IMG/VR virus record: IMGVR_UViG_3300022843_000001
Span: 134,786 to 198,785 of that record
From: a virus
Length of the DNA: 64,000 nt
Direction: 5' to 3' (one strand)
This document shows positions 17,136-26,413 of the stretch, in pieces. The notes beneath the pieces are model-generated. The model was not told the DNA's origin. It saw only the letters and a program-made list of their open reading frames with translations, and did not search any database. The position numbers were made by a program, and so were the translations under genes. Position 1 is the stretch's first letter, and every line of letters begins with the position of its first letter.

Positions 17136-17330
17136 ATGGATATAAAACCCTGCCAATTTTGTAATTCAACAGATACACAATTAGGAGTTTATAAAAATCG
17201 TGTGTTTATTATATGTATAGGATGTGAAGCAAAAGGACCAACTGTTTATGTAGATGATACAGAAAAACTAGGGGAATCTAAAAAACTAGCTATTAGTAAT
17301 TTTAACAACCGAGAATACAAAAATGATTAG
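17136..17330 (+). CDS. Lar-like (restriction alleviation) zinc-ribbon protein
   Basis: IKPCQFC...CIGCEAKGP...FNNR matches the Lar family pattern. Confidence 0.6.
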   Translation: MDIKPCQFCNSTDTQLGVYKNRVFIICIGCEAKGPTVYVDDTEKLGESKKLAISNFNNREYKND

Positions 17331-18312
17331 GTATCCAAGTATTGAACAATTTAGAAGAGTAATTAAAGAAGTAGAAATGACTTTTAAAAATGAAATTCAG
17401 CCTACATTAAAATTTAAAGGTACTGTAAAAGTACATGGTACTAACGCTTCAGTAGTTATTGAACCTAACGGAACTATAACAACACAGTCTAGAAACAACG
17501 TAATAACTGTTGAAAATGATAATGCTGGTTTTGCTAAATGGATTGAAGAACGAAAAAGCTGGTTTTATGAATACAAAAAACAACTAGAACACCAACTAAT
17601 AGCTTGGGGAAGTGACACTGTAGTTATTTACGGTGAGTTTGCTGGTGGCAATATTCAAAAAAATGTTGCAGTGACAGGTATTGATAAATTCTTTTACGTA
17701 TTTGGTATTAAAATTATTAATGAAAAAGAAAATGAAGATTACTGGTCTTCAGAAATTCCTGAATTTACACGAATGGATAATTATAACTTTGACAGAATTT
17801 TTATGGCTAACAAAATTTGGAAAAGAAATATACTTATCGATTTTAACAAGCCACAAGAATTGCAAAATCAAATGATTCAGCTAACTGAAGAAATTGAAGC
17901 TAACTGCCCTGTAGGAGCATTATTAGGCTCTACTGAGTGTACTGTTGGTGAAGGAGTAGTGTGGGAACACATTGACTGTAATGGCAACAGATTAGCGTTT
18001 AAAGTTAAAGGGAAAAAACATAGCTCATCTAAAGTTAAAGTTATGGCTGCTGTTGACGTAGAAAAAATGAAATCAATAGATGAATTTGTTGATTATGTAT
18101 TAACTGAAGCTAGGTTAGAACAAGGCTTTAAAGAAATATGTGATTGTAATGCAGACAGAAAATACTTAGGTAACTTTATTAAATGGGTTTGTTCTGATGT
18201 GTTTAAAGAAGAAACTGATACTCTTTTAGCTAGTGGTTTAACAACAAAAGAAGTATCTAGTACTTTAAGCAAAACAATTAGAAATTGGTTTTTCAATAAG
18301 GAGTTATTATAA
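17323..18312 (+). CDS. RNA ligase, Rnl2-like
   Basis: Motif I KVHGTN, YGEF, EGVVW, FKVKG. Confidence 0.85.
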   Translation: MIRYPSIEQFRRVIKEVEMTFKNEIQPTLKFKGTVKVHGTNASVVIEPNGTITTQSRNNVITVENDNAGFAKWIEERKSWFYEYKKQLEHQLIAWGSDTVVIYGEFAGGNIQKNVAVTGIDKFFYVFGIKIINEKENEDYWSSEIPEFTRMDNYNFDRIFMANKIWKRNILIDFNKPQELQNQMIQLTEEIEANCPVGALLGSTECTVGEGVVWEHIDCNGNRLAFKVKGKKHSSSKVKVMAAVDVEKMKSIDEFVDYVLTEARLEQGFKEICDCNADRKYLGNFIKWVCSDVFKEETDTLLASGLTTKEVSSTLSKTIRNWFFNKELL

Positions 18313-18314
18313 AA

Positions 18315-18623
18315 ATGTATTTAAAAGAAGAAATTGAAAAATGGGCAACAGCTGTAGGAATAATTAAAGATGGTACTTTTATAGGACAACTTAAAGGTTT
18401 AAGTACGGAAGTAGTAGAAGCTACTGAAGCATACACTATGTTTAAAACACAGAATGCAAATGTAGCAGAAATAGAAATGGAAATGGGTGATATTTATATT
18501 TACTGGATGAATGCCTGTACAAAACTAGGGTTAGATCCAGAAAAATGTGTAGATAAAGCTTTTAATAAAGTAATTAAAAGAACTGGAACAATAGTATCAG
18601 GAAGGTATAAAAAAGATGATTAG
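18315..18623 (+). CDS. MazG-like NTP pyrophosphohydrolase
   Basis: EVVE...EMEMGDIY...AFNKVIKRTG. Confidence 0.75.
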   Translation: MYLKEEIEKWATAVGIIKDGTFIGQLKGLSTEVVEATEAYTMFKTQNANVAEIEMEMGDIYIYWMNACTKLGLDPEKCVDKAFNKVIKRTGTIVSGRYKKDD

Positions 18624-18918
18624 AAAACCATTAGTAAATAACTATATGCGTAGAATTAAAACTATTAAAGTCGGAATGAAAAAAATTAACGGCAAAATGA
18701 TTCCTGCATATCGTGATGTTTACGTAGATGTTTATGACGTTATCAGAGCATTTAATGTTACAGATCCTGCTATGGCACATGCAATTAAAAAGTGTTTAGC
18801 TGCAGGACAACGTGGAGCTAAAGACAGTATTAAAGATAAAAATGAATCTATACAAGCTATTGAAAGGTCAATAGTAATAGAAGAGGAAGAAGAAATTTAC
18901 TCTTCATTAGTACCTTAA
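18616..18918 (+). CDS. Conserved phage protein (DVYDV...HAIKK...GQRGAKD family)
   Basis: Recognisable motif; function unknown. Confidence 0.7.
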   Translation: MIRKPLVNNYMRRIKTIKVGMKKINGKMIPAYRDVYVDVYDVIRAFNVTDPAMAHAIKKCLAAGQRGAKDSIKDKNESIQAIERSIVIEEEEEIYSSLVP

Positions 18919-18947
18919 TTTAACAACAATAACAAATTACAGAACTT

Positions 18948-19320
18948 ATGGAAAAATTAAAGATACATGTCCTGTATGTAACAAGTTAATTGCTGCTACA
19001 GGTTTGGATCAACACATGAAAGCAAAACACGTATAAAGGAACATACTAATGTCAGAAAGTAACTTATTCGAAGAAGCAAGCCGTTATAAATGGACTTTTA
19101 AAACAGCAAAATAAACTATTTCAGTTCAAGATCTGGATGCGTTAAACTCTACTCTTTAAAAAATATAGGTTGCTGCAATTTCTCCATCGTTAACTTTTAT
19201 ACAAAGTTTAACGGTAAAAAGACCACGACCGAAAGTGTCGTCAAAAATAACAATGTGCAAACACTAAAGATCCTAAATTTGTATAATTTTATGTTTGTAT
19301 TAAAACTGGCAGCGTAATCA
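18948..19320 (+). pseudogene. Interrupted small ORFs (C2H2 finger peptide; MSESNLFEEASR protein)
   Basis: CPVCNKLIAATGLDQHMKAKH is out of frame with the ATG at 18948; ORF at 19049 has in-frame stops after FKTAK. Confidence 0.45.
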
Positions 19321-19348
19321 TATACAGTAAATTGTTTTACTTGAATTA

Positions 19349-19377
19349 AGGTCGGTATTTAAGTACCGGCCTTTTTT
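19349..19377 (+). terminator. Rho-independent terminator
   Basis: AGGTCGGTAT-TTAA-GTACCGGCCT followed by a T-run. Confidence 0.8.
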
Positions 19378-19405
19378 CTACATTAACCTAATAGAAACTA
19401 ATACT

Positions 19406-19570
19406 ATGAAAAGAACTAGAGAAGAGTTAACCAAATACATAGACCACGTAATTAAAGATATTCATGAAGACTGTAACAAAACAAAAAATAGAGAAGAAAT
19501 AAACTATAGTAATGATCTTCTTTTAGTGGCTTTCAAGATTAAAGAATTGTTAGTGAGCAGCAGCCCGTAA
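19406..19570 (+). CDS. Hypothetical protein (54 aa)
   Basis: MKRTREELTKYIDHVIK...; manual translation. Confidence 0.45.
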   Translation: MKRTREELTKYIDHVIKDIHEDCNKTKNREEINYSNDLLLVAFKIKELLVSSSP

Positions 19571-19641
19571 TTTAGTAAATAATCAATAAACTAGTATGCC
19601 TGTACTTGTTACAGGTATTTTTTTGCCTGAAGGAAAGTAAT

Positions 19642-19890
19642 ATGTTAAACATAAAAAAGTACATAAGAGATTTAGTCAATGAACAAGTAAGTTTACTAAA
19701 CAGAGAAAAAGAAAAAGAAGTAAAAAATGACACCGTTAAAGAAGTAACGTACTTAATGAGAGATAAAATTAATAGTTACATCAGAGATAAACAGCAAAAT
19801 GAAATACGACAAGAAACTAGCAGGTATACAGAAAGTGAAGAATTTCTTTCTAAAATAGTTCAAAGGATAATTAACCTTCAGGTGAAATAA
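19642..19890 (+). CDS. Hypothetical protein
   Basis: AAGGA RBS before MLNIKK. Confidence 0.65.
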   Translation: MLNIKKYIRDLVNEQVSLLNREKEKEVKNDTVKEVTYLMRDKINSYIRDKQQNEIRQETSRYTESEEFLSKIVQRIINLQVK

Positions 19891-21296
19891 TGGAGTTTAC
19901 AACAGAACAACATAACATTATCGATCATGTAATAAATAACCCAGTAACTCCTGACAAATATGGAAATATAACACTTGTACCAGCTAGTGCTGGCTGTGGT
20001 AAGACGTTTATAGGTAAAGAGATAGTATCACGGCTTAACCCACGTAAAGGTCTTTACACAGCATTTAATAAAGCCATAGTGCTTGAATCCGAAGAGAAAT
20101 TCAGCAACTACGATGTGGAGTGTAAAACATTTCATGCACTAGCTTATAAATTTGTAAAACCAAAAAGAGGTATGCAAGAACTTAGCTACAATGACATAAA
20201 AGAAAAAATTACTTACCCTGACAAAGCACTTGTACTGGAAGTTATAAACTTATTTTTTGTTTCTAGTTCATTAGATATGTATGACTTTTTTGAAGAGTAT
20301 TTTTTTAAAAGAGATGATCTTATACCTATAGCAAGTAAATATGTTAACTTGATGATAGATAGAAAAATACCTATGAGTTTTAATTTTCTACTAAAGTACT
20401 TACATTTAATGCTAGTAGAAGGAACTTCATGTAAATACGATATAGTTATTCTTGATGAAATTAATGATGTTACTGCAGTTCAATTAGAAATATTCAAATT
20501 AATTGAATCACCTATAAAAATAGGTCTTGGAGAATCTAACCAAGCTATTTATAAATTCTTGAATCTTAAAGATGGTTTTGATGAACTACATGAAGCAGTC
20601 CAACTACCTCTAACAAATTCTTTTAGGTGTAGTATTGATATTGCAAAAAATATTGAAAAGTTTATGAAAACTTACGTAAAACATGATTTCCTGTTTACAG
20701 GTACATCTAACCCTGTGAAAAATGGAAATACACTTTACGTTACAATGACAAATGCGGCTATTATATTTTTAATAAAAGAGTTTATTAGTATAAACAAAGG
20801 GTTTACGTTACTAAGAAAAATATCAGATATATTTGCTTATCCTTTAGCTATTGTAAGTGCTTCATCAGGTAAAGAAGTATACCAATATAAATATAAGTTT
20901 TTAGAAAAAGAGTATAAAAAATATAAAAAAGACCAATCAGATAAAACATCATTTTTTTCTTATTTAATAGAAGAAATCGGTGATCAAGAAACAGAATCTG
21001 CAATCTCTTTACTATCCACTTTAGCTGCAAATAAAACAAATATATTTGATTTGTATAAAAAAGCTAAGTTTGTTAAAGCAGATTCAAAATATACTATTGC
21101 AACTGTGTTTACTTCTAAAGGTTTAGAATTTGAAACAGTTAACATTAATAATGATATGAACAGTGCTGTTGGCAGAGTAATTGAGAATGGTGGTGTACAG
21201 TCAGAAGATGACTTAGTTATTATGAGAGCATATTATGTTGCTACTAGCCGGGCTGGAGTCAACCTAAATAACGCAATATTCTTAAAAATACAGTAG
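19890..21296 (+). CDS. SF1 (UvrD/Rep-like) DNA helicase
   Basis: ASAGCGKT, ILDEIND, GESNQAIY, SFRC, TSKGLEF, YVATSRA. Confidence 0.9.
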   Translation: MEFTTEQHNIIDHVINNPVTPDKYGNITLVPASAGCGKTFIGKEIVSRLNPRKGLYTAFNKAIVLESEEKFSNYDVECKTFHALAYKFVKPKRGMQELSYNDIKEKITYPDKALVLEVINLFFVSSSLDMYDFFEEYFFKRDDLIPIASKYVNLMIDRKIPMSFNFLLKYLHLMLVEGTSCKYDIVILDEINDVTAVQLEIFKLIESPIKIGLGESNQAIYKFLNLKDGFDELHEAVQLPLTNSFRCSIDIAKNIEKFMKTYVKHDFLFTGTSNPVKNGNTLYVTMTNAAIIFLIKEFISINKGFTLLRKISDIFAYPLAIVSASSGKEVYQYKYKFLEKEYKKYKKDQSDKTSFFSYLIEEIGDQETESAISLLSTLAANKTNIFDLYKKAKFVKADSKYTIATVFTSKGLEFETVNINNDMNSAVGRVIENGGVQSEDDLVIMRAYYVATSRAGVNLNNAIFLKIQ

Positions 21297-21306
21297 GCTA
21301 AAATCT

Positions 21307-21552
21307 ATGAATAACGCAAAAAATATGAACTTAGGATCATTATCAACATACGAAATACAAGGATTAGCATTAGATAACACATCCTTTCTTGAGGAGCTTG
21401 GTAGAAGATGTTTGAAACTAAACCTAGATTGTTATGATAAGGATTCAACTTGTTATCATGAAGAAGAATGTAACGAGCTTAAAGATGAGATAAGCAACCT
21501 ACAACAAGAATCAGCACTGTGTGCGGAATGTGGAGAAGACCTTGATACATAA
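21307..21552 (+). CDS. Hypothetical protein (81 aa)
   Basis: C-terminal CAECG. Confidence 0.65.
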   Translation: MNNAKNMNLGSLSTYEIQGLALDNTSFLEELGRRCLKLNLDCYDKDSTCYHEEECNELKDEISNLQQESALCAECGEDLDT

Positions 21553-21643
21553 AACAATATTATTTACTTAAAATAAAAATTACGCAGTCACTCACTCTGC
21601 ATAATAACTTAAATTTAGTGAGTACCTTTAAAGGAAAATAAAA

Positions 21644-21994
21644 ATGTCAATTAGTAATATTTTAGAACAGAAAAAAGAAGATCTTTCAGATGCTGAGAAA
21701 ATTAAAGCAATTGCTGAAATTGTAAGTCAAGCACGTAAAAGTTATGGAAATTCAGATGCAGTTGTTACTTCACCTGAAATTAACACAACTGATGGTGTTG
21801 TAGAATTACAGTTTGTTTCGGTTGAGACAAAACTATCTCTGGTTAAACAAGAAGTAGTAGCTATCAAAATGGCTGCAATCGAGTTTGAAAAAAGTAATGA
21901 AGGTGTTAACCGTGACAAAATGGTAGAGCAATTGCTTGCTACATCACCCATTATGGTAAACCTTGCTGACACAGCTAAGTTTTCTTACTTGTAA
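21644..21994 (+). CDS. Hypothetical protein (116 aa)
   Basis: AAGGA RBS. Confidence 0.75.
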   Translation: MSISNILEQKKEDLSDAEKIKAIAEIVSQARKSYGNSDAVVTSPEINTTDGVVELQFVSVETKLSLVKQEVVAIKMAAIEFEKSNEGVNRDKMVEQLLATSPIMVNLADTAKFSYL

Positions 21995-22027
21995 GCTTTA
22001 ACTAAATAATATTAAGAGGTAGTAGTA

Positions 22028-22792
22028 ATGTTTTTATCATTTGTAAAAAAAGATGCTTCTGAGCTAGAAGTAGTAGCAAAGATTCGTGGTAAGTACAAAA
22101 CACTGCCTTTTGATATTATTTTAAGATTGTTACTGATTTATAAAACTATAGGTTTAAAAGAATTAAACCTAAAAATAGACGAATTTGCTAATAAAATAAC
22201 TAACCAGTCTTTATCTAACTACTGTGACAGTTACGGTAATGAAGAACAGGATCTTTATTTTAATATAACTAAAGTGCTGCCTTTTTATGAGCATTTTTAT
22301 TTTAGAGATGATTTAAAAAATTTGTTAATAAAAGACGCTTTGCGTTTTGTTTTTGCTATAAAACAAAACACTTTAGGTTTATTTGACACAAAAGTAAATG
22401 ATATATTTGATGTACAAAAAAATTTACATATTTCTATAGCTTGGATAATACAAGAACAAGATGCTGTATTTGCTCATTTACCTAATCATATAAATCTAAG
22501 CAGCAATAACTTTGATCAAATTGTTGAATTCAGTAATCTTAGCAATTTAAAAATTCAAATAATTAATACAATAATTTTAGATGCTGCACGAGAAAAAAAG
22601 TACAAGTTTGTGTTTAACGAAAATTATAAAAAATCTTTTCCTGACGTTACCAGTGAGTTAGAAAAAACTACAAAATATAAAACTGAATCAGGTCAAGTAA
22701 CAGAAACAACATCAGCAAGTGCACCGGGAAGCCAAGATGCAATACTGCCAGATGGGTCAATTTATGATTATAAAACTGTGGAAAAACCTTAA
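22028..22792 (+). CDS. Hypothetical protein (254 aa), with in-frame 43-codon extension past its stop
   Basis: GAGG RBS; after TAA the frame stays open to 22924 and ends ...YDNDDIPF. Confidence 0.75.
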   Translation: MFLSFVKKDASELEVVAKIRGKYKTLPFDIILRLLLIYKTIGLKELNLKIDEFANKITNQSLSNYCDSYGNEEQDLYFNITKVLPFYEHFYFRDDLKNLLIKDALRFVFAIKQNTLGLFDTKVNDIFDVQKNLHISIAWIIQEQDAVFAHLPNHINLSSNNFDQIVEFSNLSNLKIQIINTIILDAAREKKYKFVFNENYKKSFPDVTSELEKTTKYKTESGQVTETTSASAPGSQDAILPDGSIYDYKTVEKP

Positions 22793-22935
22793 TTACCAAG
22801 ACCTGAATTAAAATTTGGTAAAGGATACGATGATGTAAAAAAATATAATTCTCCTGAATCAGTAGTAAAAATTGCTAAAAAGAAATCACAAATTATTTAC
22901 GACAACGACGACATACCTTTTTAAGAGAAACAATA

Positions 22936-23715
22936 ATGAAACACCCTAAATATGATGAAGTTAAATTACTGGTTGATAATGACATAGCTGTTTTGCTAGT
23001 AGGTCCAGCTGGTAGTGGTAAAACAACTATTATAGAAACAATATCAAAAGAAAGAGATATGGAGTTTTATGTTATATCTATGACAAGACAAACTACGTTA
23101 TCTGCACTAATAGGTTTTAAAAATATTAATGGTGACTATACATCTACTGAACTTAGGAAAGCTGTTGAATTTGGACACTTATTATTAATTGATGAAATAG
23201 ATGGAGGTGATCCAAATGTCCTACTATGTCTTAATACGTTAGAAAATGGGTTTATGTCATTTCCTGACGGCGTTGTCAAAAAACATAAAAATTTCAGATT
23301 GTGTGCAACAGCTAACCCAAAAGAAAAACAATACACTGGTAGAGCAGTATTAGATGAATCTACGTTAGACAGGTTTGACAATATTTTTATAGATACAGAC
23401 GCAAACCTAGAAAAAGAAATTGTTGGTGCAACTATTCATGATTGTATGAATGATGTACGAAAAGTACTAAAAAACTGGAATCACCAAAAAACAATTTCTA
23501 TGCGTGATGCAATCCGTTTTAAAAAACGTCATGACATAAAATTGATAGACGGATTTGTAGAAAAACTTCTCGATAATGAAGATAGTATGATAGATAAATA
23601 TAACACTTTAAGAGAAGTTAAAACTTTTATAGTACAAGAGTTATGTCCTACAGTAGAAATTTTGTACAAAAATATAATGAAATCACAAGGAATATTCAAT
23701 GAAAACACTACCTAA
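22936..23715 (+). CDS. MoxR/CbbQ-type AAA+ ATPase
   Basis: GPAGSGKT, LLIDEID, CATAN, LDESTLDRF. Confidence 0.9.
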   Translation: MKHPKYDEVKLLVDNDIAVLLVGPAGSGKTTIIETISKERDMEFYVISMTRQTTLSALIGFKNINGDYTSTELRKAVEFGHLLLIDEIDGGDPNVLLCLNTLENGFMSFPDGVVKKHKNFRLCATANPKEKQYTGRAVLDESTLDRFDNIFIDTDANLEKEIVGATIHDCMNDVRKVLKNWNHQKTISMRDAIRFKKRHDIKLIDGFVEKLLDNEDSMIDKYNTLREVKTFIVQELCPTVEILYKNIMKSQGIFNENTT

Positions 23716-24499
23716 TATATACCCTGACGTATGGAAAAAAGAGCTAAAGATAGAAACTTTAGACTATTTACCTTTTCGTAACTTAATGCATTTTAAACAT
23801 TTTGTATCAAATATTACACAAATTGAAGATAACAAATGTGATGTTTCTTATTCTGATGCGTTATCTGATTTAATGCTGGGAAAATACGAAAAAGATGATA
23901 GTAGATATGAAAGCGTTAGAAACTTAGTGAGAAAAAATCTATTAAAACGTGGACTTATTACTCAAGAAATTTATGAAAACTTTAAATACTCTACTGATGG
24001 TATTGTAGTTGACTATGATGTAGGAAAATATGCAGCTGGTGAACCTGATTGTGTTATTACACCTTCAGTACAATATGTAGATTTTTTTCATGAACTTTAT
24101 ATAAATATATCTTATAGATATGATATTAGTGATATTGATATTTCTAAAAATATTAATAAATTGTTGGCTACTATCGAAGAACTAGAGCGTCAACATATAT
24201 TCATTAAAATTACTTTAATACTAGCTTGTAGAGAAATTAACAACAAAAACAATTTCCTGTCTGTAATACCTTTATTTTCTCATAGAGAATTTAAAACAGT
24301 AGAAATTATGTCTTCAGTTTTAAATAATAGACTGTTGAGAAAATTCTTTTTTGCTATATTTGAAAATAAGTATGGTGATGAATTATCAGATTTTTATGGA
24401 AGAGTACTAAAAGTATCTGACTCTTTATCATTAAATGATGAATTTAATGAAATAGAATTCTTTACTGAAATTAAAGACACTGTTGAAAGGAGATTATAA
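23699..24499 (+). CDS. Putative partner of the MoxR ATPase (vWA-like, divergent)
   Basis: Overlaps the ATPase stop; DVGKYAAGEPDC motif then alternating beta/alpha pattern. Confidence 0.5.
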   Translation: MKTLPNIYPDVWKKELKIETLDYLPFRNLMHFKHFVSNITQIEDNKCDVSYSDALSDLMLGKYEKDDSRYESVRNLVRKNLLKRGLITQEIYENFKYSTDGIVVDYDVGKYAAGEPDCVITPSVQYVDFFHELYINISYRYDISDIDISKNINKLLATIEELERQHIFIKITLILACREINNKNNFLSVIPLFSHREFKTVEIMSSVLNNRLLRKFFFAIFENKYGDELSDFYGRVLKVSDSLSLNDEFNEIEFFTEIKDTVERRL

Positions 24500-25917
24500 T
24501 GAGTACTATTGATATGCTTGAAAGTTATGTAAAAAGCAAAACTTCATCTTTATCAAATTTTCCTATTATTGTTAAAAAAGGTATAAACACTATATCTGGT
24601 GAAGCTCCTTTTAAACTAAAATTAGCTATTGTTCTTTCTGAACTAGTTACTTTATCTTCACACCTAAGAAAACCTATAGTGTTGTTTGACGGCACATTAG
24701 TTCCTACTAATGCTATTACGTTTGCTTTGTGTGGTTCTGGCGAAGGTAAAGATAAAGCAGTAAATGCTGTAAGAAAATCTTTAAAAGAAGCTTATTATAA
24801 ACTAGAAGAAAAACGTAAAGAGTATGCTGAAGAAAAAGCTAAGAATGACGCTATAATACATGGTGAGTCACGAGAAGATTGGCAAAAATATTACTCAGCA
24901 CCTAAGCCTTTACAAGCTGGTCTTGGCACTGTTGAAGGGCTAACAAGCCATTTTGCTAGTATAGAGTCAAACCCTTTAGGTGCAGGAAGTATCATGAGCA
25001 CTGAAATTGGTAGTGAGTTACAAACTAATGGATCTATTATGGAAATTTTTAAAGTAATTTCTGTTGCTTATGATCTAGGTGCTATAGCAGCAAAAATAAT
25101 TAAATCTTCAGAAAATCAAACAGCTTCAATATTAAGTTTACCTGTAAACGCTTTACTGTTTGGCTCACAAGAAGCTTTACTATTTAATAATGATGTAAAA
25201 TCAAAGTTTAAGCTTGTGTTTAATACACAATTAGCTAGAAGATCAATATTCTCGTTTACACCCGGAACTTCTCCAAGAAAACAAATAAACTCTGTAGAAG
25301 AGTTATATAAAATAAGAGAAAAAGAACGTGATCGTGTAGTAGCTAGTCAAGAAGAGTTAAACAACTTTACTTCAAATTTAGTAGATGTAACAAATCAAGA
25401 ACCTTTAACTGTGAGCAAAGACGCTAATAAACTATTTGATGTTTATATGGAATACAACTCTATGAAATCTGATGAGTTATCAAATAAGTACCCAATATCA
25501 AAACTTAGCCGTAGGCACAAACAATGGCTAGCTTTAAAGTTAGCTGGTAGTTATGCAATACTAAATCATGAAGATCATGTATCAGAACAAACTTATGCTT
25601 ACGCTATAAATACTGTTGAATTTTTATCAGATGACTTAAAACTATTTGAAATAGAGTTAATTAAAGAACCTTATGAGCAATTAGCTGATTTATGTGCAAC
25701 TAATGCAGAAGATGGCAAGTTTACTATGTCACTTCACGATTTACGTAAAATGGGGTATATAACTGGTACAGGCTCATCTAAGAATAAAATATTAGATTTA
25801 GCAACATTAGTTAACAGTTACGACCAAGAAGCCAGTTACACAGGTAACCCAGATTCAATCAGTTATCAGCAAACTATGAAAACTGATGTAATCGGAGTTT
25901 CTTATATTATATTTTAG
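24499..25917 (+). CDS. Putative replicative helicase (DUF3987-like P-loop)
   Basis: CGSGEGKD Walker A, STEIGSE Walker B-like, LARR. Confidence 0.65.
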   Translation: MSTIDMLESYVKSKTSSLSNFPIIVKKGINTISGEAPFKLKLAIVLSELVTLSSHLRKPIVLFDGTLVPTNAITFALCGSGEGKDKAVNAVRKSLKEAYYKLEEKRKEYAEEKAKNDAIIHGESREDWQKYYSAPKPLQAGLGTVEGLTSHFASIESNPLGAGSIMSTEIGSELQTNGSIMEIFKVISVAYDLGAIAAKIIKSSENQTASILSLPVNALLFGSQEALLFNNDVKSKFKLVFNTQLARRSIFSFTPGTSPRKQINSVEELYKIREKERDRVVASQEELNNFTSNLVDVTNQEPLTVSKDANKLFDVYMEYNSMKSDELSNKYPISKLSRRHKQWLALKLAGSYAILNHEDHVSEQTYAYAINTVEFLSDDLKLFEIELIKEPYEQLADLCATNAEDGKFTMSLHDLRKMGYITGTGSSKNKILDLATLVNSYDQEASYTGNPDSISYQQTMKTDVIGVSYIIF

Positions 25918-25926
25918 GAAAATAAA

Positions 25927-26124
25927 ATGTCACTATTTTTAATTTGGACTTTATCAATAACTGTATTAATACCTTTGTGTGTATTATGCCATATAATAAT
26001 TTTTCCTATATGGTTTATAGCAACAACAATAGCAACAACAGTTTCTATTACTACTTATCGTGAATCTTTCAGATATTTTTTAAAAGATTTTGTTGTTGAA
26101 TTGAAAGGATGTTTACCAAAATAA
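25927..26124 (+). CDS. Small membrane protein (65 aa)
   Basis: Hydrophobic N-terminal 40 aa; AGGA RBS. Confidence 0.6.
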   Translation: MSLFLIWTLSITVLIPLCVLCHIIIFPIWFIATTIATTVSITTYRESFRYFLKDFVVELKGCLPK

Positions 26125-26147
26125 AATTAATTAAACTAGGAATAAAA

Positions 26148-26411
26148 ATGAGTATTGTATCAGCACAACATGTTAAAGATGTAATAATAGGGTACATTAA
26201 TGGTAAAACTATTCAAATGTTAAATGTTAATAATATTTGGAGAGATTTAAGTCATGCCCCTAATTGGGATTTTTCTAAAGAAAACTACAGAATTAAGCCA
26301 GTACCTAAAAAAATTTGGGTACATGATAACCATGAGTATGATTGGTTTGAACCTAAAAATGACGAAGACTTTAAACCTTTAGGATATAAGTTATTCGAGC
26401 AGGTGCTGTAA
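26148..26411 (+). CDS. Hypothetical protein (PNWDF..YRIKP family)
   Basis: AGGA RBS; common phage motif. Confidence 0.7.
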   Translation: MSIVSAQHVKDVIIGYINGKTIQMLNVNNIWRDLSHAPNWDFSKENYRIKPVPKKIWVHDNHEYDWFEPKNDEDFKPLGYKLFEQVL

Positions 26412-26413
26412 TC

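Noticed and set aside
16766-22924. Stop-codon reassignment (alternative genetic code)
   Set aside because: Interrupting stops are of mixed type and all large conserved genes terminate normally with TAA, TAG or TGA
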